From assembly GCF_000018105.1 (NCBI RefSeq), contig NC_009926.1:90001-122000 (forward strand): a stretch of 32,000 nucleotides of DNA, written 5' to 3'. Below the pieces are notes generated by a model, which ran no database searches, was not told the origin of the DNA, and was given only the letters and a program-made list of their open reading frames with translations. This DNA comes from Acaryochloris marina MBIC11017. Lineage in GTDB: Bacteria; Cyanobacteriota; Cyanobacteriia; Thermosynechococcales; Thermosynechococcaceae. Positions 26,486-32,000 of the stretch are shown here, in pieces; the first letter of the stretch is position 1, and each line of letters opens with the position of its first letter. The position numbers and the translations under genes are program-made.

Positions 26486-27151
26486 TCAAGACTGGCTGTT
26501 CAAGGCACCCGACTTAATCCAGACATTCTGATCGTAAAACCCACCCCGCTGCTCAAACTGAAATCCACCGAGTAGCATTCCTAGCCAGATAGGTACCAGT
26601 GACAGCTGTAGCTCCTGTTTTAGCTCGACCAAAGGCACCATCCCAGATGTCCCCTGTAAGTACGTTGAGATGGCATGTACCCATGCCAAAACATCCTCTT
26701 CTTCCAAGACTTGCAAGACTTCATCAGGTTGCTCAACCCTTAACTCAGTCTCCAGCTCTTCCAGCAACGATGCCTTGTCCTTGAGCACAACGATCGACTC
26801 ACACTCCTCTTTGGGCAATGTTCGCCGAGTCACCGGGTCGGGTTCAGCAATTAGATCATCGTCTAACACCATGGATTGCCGAACCATCCCCATTTCGTCA
26901 TCCAAATCAAGGATGGGACCGTCATCGTTGTGGGCATCTCGCCAGTCCCTGAGGAAGACCTCCGCTCGCCGACTCAAGATTTCTGCCATCTGCAATAGGG
27001 CAGTCCCCGCCGTGGATAACTTCTCCTCTAATGGCAACTGGGCGACTACTAAGTCCAATCGCTCCTGCAACTGCTGGAGGTCGCTCTCCACTGGAACCGC
27101 TTCCGCTTGATTCAACTGCTGCCAAAGATCGAGTTCCAGTTGCAATGCCAT
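26486..27151 (-). CDS. Acidic hypothetical protein (221 aa) with kleisin(ScpA)-like terminal motifs
   Basis: ATG 27151 is preceded by GGAGG (reverse complement of 27161-27165), which overlaps the upstream stop. The composition is strongly Asp/Glu/Leu-rich. The ends (STAGTALLQMAEILSRRAEVFL and LVELKQELQLSLVPIWLGMLLGGFQFEQRGGFYDQNVWI) resemble ScpA ends at motif level only. Confidence 0.55.
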   Translation of the reverse strand: MALQLELDLWQQLNQAEAVPVESDLQQLQERLDLVVAQLPLEEKLSTAGTALLQMAEILSRRAEVFLRDWRDAHNDDGPILDLDDEMGMVRQSMVLDDDLIAEPDPVTRRTLPKEECESIVVLKDKASLLEELETELRVEQPDEVLQVLEEEDVLAWVHAISTYLQGTSGMVPLVELKQELQLSLVPIWLGMLLGGFQFEQRGGFYDQNVWIKSGALNSQS

Positions 27152-27164
27152 CGTGAACAACCTC

Positions 27165-27644
27165 CTACGGGAACAAAGGGCAGGGACGAATCGGGCATTG
27201 ACTTGGATCCACTTCGACTTGTGAATCAAACTGATGCAGTACTTTTCCGTCTAAATGCTCAGAGAAGCGGTTGAGTATATTCCTGGAGTATTTCGTCACA
27301 TCAGAGTTAGTCCACCCCAGGGTATGGACAGGCTCAACGATCGCAACCCGCTTTTGGCCTATCCACAGCTCCGCTGACATGGCATGAAGGGGCGCATCCC
27401 TTCTCGCTCGATACATCCGTCGAATAGCCGCAGGTTTGACGGGGACTTCCACCGTAACTTCAGGAATCAGCTTCCCCGTCTGTAGTTGATATTTCCGTTT
27501 CTTATTTCGGTTATAGCGATCGCGGTGCTTATACGAGGAACGTCGCACATGGCAACGCTGACCCACCCAGCACTCCTTTAACTTTGCTTGGTCCACGGGT
27601 AGCTTGGAACATCGACGGCATTTTTCTGCGATTGCACGGGCCAT
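27165..27644 (-). CDS. Basic hypothetical protein (159 aa) with an N-terminal CxxC-x12-Cx5C cluster
   Basis: ATG 27644 lies 4 nt after the hicB stop. Cys9/12/25/31 are followed by HVRRSSYKHRDRYNRNKKRKY. No family recognised. Confidence 0.55.
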   Translation of the reverse strand: MARAIAEKCRRCSKLPVDQAKLKECWVGQRCHVRRSSYKHRDRYNRNKKRKYQLQTGKLIPEVTVEVPVKPAAIRRMYRARRDAPLHAMSAELWIGQKRVAIVEPVHTLGWTNSDVTKYSRNILNRFSEHLDGKVLHQFDSQVEVDPSQCPIRPCPLFP

Positions 27645-27648
27645 CGTC

Positions 27649-27870
27649 CTAAACCATTTGCATCATTTGAGGGGCAGGCAAAGTCCAGCCTTCCGCTTCG
27701 TAGAATTCCATCAAAGATTCTATGGCTTCCTGCCCATGTTTGGCAGCCTCTTCATAGGTTTGGCCATCAGTAATGGGCTGCATCACCCGGTCAAATTCTG
27801 GTAACGACACTACATAGCATTGATCCTCTTCCGACCACTCGATCACCATTCGATACTTAGTCTGAGTCAT
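27649..27870 (-). CDS. hicB: HicB-family antitoxin
   Basis: MTQTKYRMVIEWSEEDQCYVVSLPEF...GQTYEEAAKHGQEAIESLMEFYEAEGWTLPAP is a typical short HicB. I chose ATG 27870, which overlaps the hicA 3' end by 14 nt. Confidence 0.8.
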   Translation of the reverse strand: MTQTKYRMVIEWSEEDQCYVVSLPEFDRVMQPITDGQTYEEAAKHGQEAIESLMEFYEAEGWTLPAPQMMQMV

Positions 27871-28072
27871 TCGATAATGCCTCCAATTGCTGTAGCGCTT
27901 TCTGCACTTTGCGTTCCAAATAGAGTGGGGCATCTGCCCCATCTTTGCGGGCAACCGTGATCACCTGGGGCAATTGAGGATGCTTCCAGTTACTGTGAGA
28001 GCCTTTACCCGGTCGGGAGATAAACCCAGCCTCCTTGAGCATAGCCTTGATCTCACGAATCTTCTTGGGCAT
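27857..28072 (-). CDS. hicA: HicA-family mRNA interferase toxin (YcfA-like)
   Basis: MPKKIREIKAMLKEAGFISRPGKGSHSNWKHPQLPQVITVARKDGADAPLYLERKV matches the HicA/YcfA pattern (GKGSH.N..HP). Confidence 0.85.
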   Translation of the reverse strand: MPKKIREIKAMLKEAGFISRPGKGSHSNWKHPQLPQVITVARKDGADAPLYLERKVQKALQQLEALSNDSD

Positions 28073-28125
28073 CCACCTCTCTCTCCAGCGATGATGTAGC
28101 AGATGACCTCACTCTATCATGCTTA

Positions 28126-28147
28126 TTAGTCAAAGTTTAGTCAAAGT
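28126..28147. promoter_or_regulatory. Perfect tandem 11-bp direct repeat upstream of hicA (candidate operator)
   Basis: TTAGTCAAAGT occurs twice back to back (28126-28136 and 28137-28147), 54-75 nt upstream of the hicA ATG (28072). Confidence 0.35.
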
Positions 28148-28215
28148 CCAAATAATGATTTATTGGTCTATGGGTACGGAAATGACCATTGACGTAAGCT
28201 TAATTTTCTAAATTA

Positions 28216-28244
28216 GGTCACATCAATATGACCATAGTTATAAT
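28216..28244 (+). promoter_or_regulatory. Candidate phd/vapC promoter with an overlapping inverted repeat
   Basis: A perfect TATAAT lies at 28239-28244, 31 nt before ATG 28276. GGTCA-N8-TGACC (28216-28233) spans the -35 to spacer region, the usual position for a TA autoregulatory operator. Confidence 0.4.
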
Positions 28245-28275
28245 ATTTGCATAATCAATTTTTAAGGGGTTGAAC

Positions 28276-28506
28276 ATGCAGCAGATGGGAGCGGGTCAAT
28301 TCAAAGCCCAATGTTTGAAGCTGATGGATCAGGTGCAGCAGACCCATGAAGAGATTGTGATTACTAAACATGGGCAGCCGGTGGCTAAGTTAGTGCCGGT
28401 TGAGAATGACTCCCAAACGTCAATTTTGGGCTATATGAAGGACTCGGTTCAGGTGACGGGTGATATTGTCTCGCCAGTGGATGAGGTTTGGGAGGCAGAT
28501 ACCTAG
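28276..28506 (+). CDS. Phd/YefM-family antitoxin
   Basis: FKAQCLKLMDQVQQTHEEIVITKHGQPVAKLVPV is the Phd/YefM N-terminal fold signature. AAGGGG lies 6 nt upstream of ATG 28276; the track start at 28270 is TTG. Confidence 0.85.
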   Translation: MQQMGAGQFKAQCLKLMDQVQQTHEEIVITKHGQPVAKLVPVENDSQTSILGYMKDSVQVTGDIVSPVDEVWEADT

Positions 28507-28928
28507 TGTCTCAGGACTTACTCGTGTTGGATACCCATATCTGGATTTGGCTCTTGAATGGGAATATAGGCCGTCTGTCATCTGAGGGACTATCTGCCAT
28601 TGAGAAGGCTAGTCAATCGGCACAGTTGGGGGTCAGTGCCATCTCTGTTTGGGAGGTGGGGATGTTGGAGTCAAAGGGACGACTGCGGTTGTCAAAGGGT
28701 TGTTTGGATTGGGTGCGGGAAGCGTTGTCTGCCCCTGGCTTGAGGCTATTGCCGCTAACCCCTGAAATCGCGATTGAAAGCTCTCGGTTGCCAGGGCAAA
28801 TCCATGGTGATCCAGCAGATCGGATACTGGCAGCTACGGCTCGGATCTTAAATGGGACATTGGTGACCCAAGATCTAAAGTTGTTGTCATATGGAGAGCA
28901 GGCTTATCTTTCTGTGTTGCAAGGGTAG
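28506..28928 (+). CDS. vapC: PIN-domain toxin (VapC family)
   Basis: LVLDTHIWIWLL carries the N-terminal acidic residue. WEVGMLESKG and GDPADRILAATARILNGTLVTQD are typical PIN/VapC blocks. The GTG start overlaps the antitoxin TAG (TAGTG at 28504-28508); the alternative track start is 28488. Confidence 0.85.
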   Translation: MSQDLLVLDTHIWIWLLNGNIGRLSSEGLSAIEKASQSAQLGVSAISVWEVGMLESKGRLRLSKGCLDWVREALSAPGLRLLPLTPEIAIESSRLPGQIHGDPADRILAATARILNGTLVTQDLKLLSYGEQAYLSVLQG

Positions 28929-28931
28929 TGG

Positions 28932-30014
28932 GTGGATGAAAGATATCGATGGGATGCGATCGCAATGGAAACATCAGGGTTAGTTCGCTTAGAAATCGAT
29001 GAGTCGGCAGTTGATGTCGATTTGCTTAGAGCAGTCTTGGTAGAGAAAACCAAACCCTCCACGCGGGAAGGGTATACCAAGGATCTGGTGGACTTCTTTT
29101 TATTCGTGACCCAGGGAGAATCGGTCTATGAAATTGAGGGGCCGAAGCGTAAGAGTGAGATAAAGGCTCAGGTGAAAGGGGAACTATCCCGGCTGAGTCA
29201 GTCTTTTGTGGGGATTGGCCGATTGAAAGCTTTAGAATTAGCCGCTCGGTATCGAGAATGTATGATGCAGCGAGGGTTGCAGGCGAATACGATTAATCGA
29301 CGATTGTCCGCAGTGAAGTCCATGGTGAGGATGGCCAGACGTTTGGAGATGTGTGATTGGACATTAGCGGAAGTAGATGGTTTAACGGTAAACCCCTATC
29401 GAGATACCAGAGGGATTACAGCCTCTCAATTTCGACTGATGATGGTGTTCGTCAATCGGTTTTCTTTGGCTGGAGCCAGGGATTTCGCCATGTTGACGCT
29501 GTTGTGGGAGGCGGGATTGCGACGGTCTGAGCTGGTGGGTTGTGATGTCCGTCATTTTGACTCGGAGCAAAAACGGTTGTCGATTTTGGGGAAGGGAAGG
29601 AACGAAAGAGAGTGGATTGATTTGACGGAAAGTGGGGTACTAGCGATTTCAGAGTGGCTGGAAAAGCGAGAAGTTTATGCCCTCACGGAGCCGTTGTTTA
29701 TCTCGTTGGATCGGGCGAATTGGGGGTCGAGGTTGTCGGGGACATCGGTGTATCGGATTGTTCGGGCTCTAGCAAAGAAGGCTGGGGTGAGCGAGAACTT
29801 TGGGCCTCATAAGATACGTCACAGTGGCACAACAACCTATTTGGAAATGACGGGTGGAGATTTGCGGGGGGCACAAGCCTATTCCCGACACGCCAATCTC
29901 AATACACTCAAGTTCTATGATGACAATCGCAAGCAGCTTCAGAAAAAGGCTTCTGCAAAATTGGCAGAGACCATTTCTTGGAAGAAGAATACTGATGAAT
30001 CCGCAAATGAATAG
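28932..30014 (+). CDS. Tyrosine recombinase / phage-type integrase (XerC/D-like)
   Basis: AGLRRSELVGCDVRHF (Arg I), HKIRHSGTT (HxxR) and the catalytic Tyr in LKFYDDN are present. It starts 3 nt after the vapC stop (GTG 28932; alternative ATG 28965). Confidence 0.85.
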   Translation: MDERYRWDAIAMETSGLVRLEIDESAVDVDLLRAVLVEKTKPSTREGYTKDLVDFFLFVTQGESVYEIEGPKRKSEIKAQVKGELSRLSQSFVGIGRLKALELAARYRECMMQRGLQANTINRRLSAVKSMVRMARRLEMCDWTLAEVDGLTVNPYRDTRGITASQFRLMMVFVNRFSLAGARDFAMLTLLWEAGLRRSELVGCDVRHFDSEQKRLSILGKGRNEREWIDLTESGVLAISEWLEKREVYALTEPLFISLDRANWGSRLSGTSVYRIVRALAKKAGVSENFGPHKIRHSGTTTYLEMTGGDLRGAQAYSRHANLNTLKFYDDNRKQLQKKASAKLAETISWKKNTDESANE

Positions 30015-30210
30015 GGTTGTATTGACGATAAAATCGCCAAGAGAGGAATTGGGCCTAAAGAATTTGTCAGTCTTGATGCGTGTCAATTTCTCTTTACTAA
30101 CTGAGTACTCAGTAACTCTTGGATTTCCGTAAACTCTCGGATACAGAACACACTAGAGTTTATTTACTATAGAGGAATAAATAAATATATAAATCTAGTA
30201 ATCAATAACT

Positions 30211-30327
30211 ATGTCACCGTTAGAAAAAGAACTTCTTCCTATAGATGAGACTGAAGTATTCCCAGAAAATGACGAGCTAGAGATTGTAGACCTTGATGAT
30301 CTACTGAAAGAACTACAGCAAGATTGA
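30211..30327 (+). CDS. Possible 38-aa highly acidic peptide
   Basis: An ATG...TGA ORF (MSPLEKELLPIDETEVFPENDELEIVDLDDLLKELQQD) sits 36 nt upstream of the next ORF. There is no homology and no clear RBS. Confidence 0.2.
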   Translation: MSPLEKELLPIDETEVFPENDELEIVDLDDLLKELQQD

Positions 30328-30362
30328 GGCTTAGAAATACTACTCGAAAAGATTAACCCTAC

Positions 30363-30602
30363 ATGGATCCTAATAGCCTTGCAGTCTGGAAAAACTTAGA
30401 GACTCATCTGGGTACTCCTTTCAGGAGAAATATGGTGGATCTCGTGTTGGAGAGTGTTCAAAACCGGGGGAGACCCTTATCTGCTGTTTTTAGAACATCA
30501 CTCTGTAGATATGGACTTCGACTGCTGCCCGAAATCCAAGATTCTTATGTCATAGACGAAGATCACCGATCAGAATACTTACTCTTACATCCAAGTATTT
30601 AG
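30363..30602 (+). CDS. Hypothetical protein (79 aa)
   Basis: This is the only sizeable ORF in 30.0-30.8 kb, with an ATG start. No recognisable motif. Confidence 0.35.
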   Translation: MDPNSLAVWKNLETHLGTPFRRNMVDLVLESVQNRGRPLSAVFRTSLCRYGLRLLPEIQDSYVIDEDHRSEYLLLHPSI

Positions 30603-30778
30603 GAAACAGAACCCCTTTCTCTGCAGGTTTTTTCCCGGTTTCGAACACTCTTCAGGTTGATCTGAAAAATAGCTCATCATGACAACTATCATATTTAGAT
30701 GTCTTCCAGTGCTTGGTGACCAGGATGAATACAGGATCGCCTACCTCTACTACTATTAGCAGTTAATAACAGTCAGAT

Positions 30779-31225
30779 TTAGCTCAAACCGCCCAACCGA
30801 ATACCTACCCCCATCACCACGAATAATACAGCTAGGGTAGTGACACCAATAATGTGAAAGGCCAGCTCATTCAAGGTCTCTTGGGTCAGCTTCGGAATGA
30901 TAAAAAAGCGAGCATGAAGGGCGAGAGCCAATGTGCCCAGAAGTAGAGACAGCTTAATAGCTATATAGATCGATAGATATGACTGGAAAGCCAAGAAGTT
31001 CTGGAAGCCGGGGAAATAAATCCAGGTCAGCCACACCCCAGTAATCGTCTGAAGCAGCAATGACGCAAGACCAAATCCTTCAAAGTGCTCTTCAAAGGTA
31101 TGGATGCGATCTGGATCTCGATTTTGCATGGCCAAAGGCAACACCGTAACTGCCAGGACCAAATGTCCACCCGTCCAAACTGTTGCACCCAATGTATGCA
31201 GAATAACTAGGAGTTTGAATAGCAT
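30779..31225 (-). CDS. Four-helix integral membrane protein, CopD-like
   Basis: Four hydrophobic helices are present. N-terminal LHTLGATVWTGGHLVLAV resembles the CopD-domain H..(A/G)..W.GG motif. The functional call is tentative. Confidence 0.6.
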   Translation of the reverse strand: MLFKLLVILHTLGATVWTGGHLVLAVTVLPLAMQNRDPDRIHTFEEHFEGFGLASLLLQTITGVWLTWIYFPGFQNFLAFQSYLSIYIAIKLSLLLGTLALALHARFFIIPKLTQETLNELAFHIIGVTTLAVLFVVMGVGIRLGGLS

Positions 31226-31347
31226 CGCCGTGGTTTCTGCTTCCTGAACCTGATAGAAAATTGAGCAATGTCCACTGTTTATAATCGATATCCCTTACCG
31301 CTCAAAAAAAGAGATGAGGGAACTCAAGATTTTCAGCAAGAACAAAC

Positions 31348-32000
31348 TTAGGACACTACGGGAGCATCTTCAGCAGTCAATGCGGGGGGAGTATGTGGAC
31401 TGAGAAGGGATTGCTGGGCTTCAGGTTGCTGGCAGGCCACCATTGTTTTGACATGTTCCATCTCATCATCGCGGATGGCCACAAATACGTCATACAGTGT
31501 ATCAACCTGAGGACGGCGTTCTGCTGCTTGATGTGCGGTTTGGAATTCATCAAACATGTAGAGATCACCATCTCGGTAATACTGAATCGCGACGTCTGGG
31601 GCTGGTAGGGTTTTGAGGTGTTCAGCTTCTGTCTGCAAGAACTTGTCGTAGGAGGCATAGGCATGCTCTTCCACTAGCTCCATAAAATGGTAGGCCGAGC
31701 GGGGAGAAACTACGTATAACACCGCAATCACCCAGTAGTAAATCAAGGCGGTGGTTTTGGCCAAGAAGCGATCACCCCAAAATTCGGCACCCCCTAAAGA
31801 TTCCATAATCAGGAGGTGATGAAGCTCATTCCAAGATTCGGCAAAGTGAATTTTGAGCCAGTCCGCCTTACGCCAGAGGCCTAGCGTTTCGTACAAGTGG
31901 AGAACGGATAGATAGGAAAAGTAGGGGACTCGTGCAACGGTTTCAAGTACGTAAAAACGGGGATAGGGACGATTGGCATAGATCTTATTGATGACAAACA
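31348..32000 (-). CDS. Plastoquinol terminal oxidase (PTOX / alternative oxidase family), 5' end outside window
   Basis: Di-iron carboxylate motifs are present: NELHHLLIMESLGG, LVEEHAYASY and RDDEMEHV. The frame stays open beyond the track start (TTG 31896) to the window edge, reading FVINKIYANRPYPRFYVLETVARVPYFSYLSVLHLYE. Confidence 0.9.
   Translation of the reverse strand, partial: FVINKIYANRPYPRFYVLETVARVPYFSYLSVLHLYETLGLWRKADWLKIHFAESWNELHHLLIMESLGGAEFWGDRFLAKTTALIYYWVIAVLYVVSPRSAYHFMELVEEHAYASYDKFLQTEAEHLKTLPAPDVAIQYYRDGDLYMFDEFQTAHQAAERRPQVDTLYDVFVAIRDDEMEHVKTMVACQQPEAQQSLLSPHTPPALTAEDAPVVS

Noticed and set aside
26599-27125. ORFs 26599..26784 (+), 26670..27110 (+) and 26922..27125 (-)
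   Set aside because: They are antisense or alternative frames of ORF221. Their composition is Ser/Arg/Ala-rich, as is typical for the reverse strand of an acidic Leu/Glu/Asp-rich gene. ORF221 has the RBS and the operon coupling.
30637-30646. GGTTTCGAAC, superficially like a tRNA T-arm, near the integrase islet border
   Set aside because: It does not match GGTTCGAATCC, and no acceptor or anticodon stems can be drawn around it. I found no tRNA anywhere in the window.
1-32000. CRISPR arrays, rRNA genes, reverse transcriptase/retron or DGR signatures
   Set aside because: There are no regularly spaced direct repeats of 25-40 nt, no rRNA-like sequence and no RT-motif ORF on either strand.

Overview
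Cyanobacterial chromosomal window. Evidence: three HIP1 GCGATCGC palindromes, an RRM-type Rbp, PTOX, menF, and small cyanobacteria-type DUF-like ORFs. Composition is visibly mosaic. Left to right: (1) the 3' part of a protein with a dsRBD-like C-terminus. (2) A convergent RRM RNA-binding protein gene with a helically phased TTTCCCACA-like repeat array upstream. (3) Small conserved ORFs and a decayed orphan exbD. (4) A four-gene minor-pilin/pseudopilin cluster: a large PilX_N-type protein plus three prepilin-type proteins, one with an FN3-like tail. (5) Three divergent paralogues of an unrecognised 93-118 aa protein, next to an FHA/TM protein. (6) About 2.3 kb of AT-rich, essentially gene-free DNA holding a perfect CRP-type palindrome, a pristine 122-bp MITE (20-bp TIRs, 8-bp TSD) and several orphan terminator hairpins. 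(7) A Tn3-family-derived mosaic (three related terminal IRs, tnpR and tnpA 3' remnants) bracketing a GC-richer TetR + two SDR cargo. (8) An RND permease + MFP adaptor operon, an AT-rich menF, an RTX-like remnant and an OYE reductase. (9) A ~5.3 kb mobile islet: Rpn/DUF4351-type nuclease, a tightly chained hicA-hicB-ORF159 (Cys4, basic)-ORF221 (acidic, kleisin-like ends) operon, phd/vapC, a tyrosine recombinase and two small ORFs. (10) A CopD-like membrane protein and a 5'-truncated PTOX gene. No rRNA, tRNA or CRISPR array was seen. The best candidates for something undescribed are the two-gene module chained to hicAB and the triplicated small-protein family. All homology statements come from motif recognition by eye and need database confirmation.
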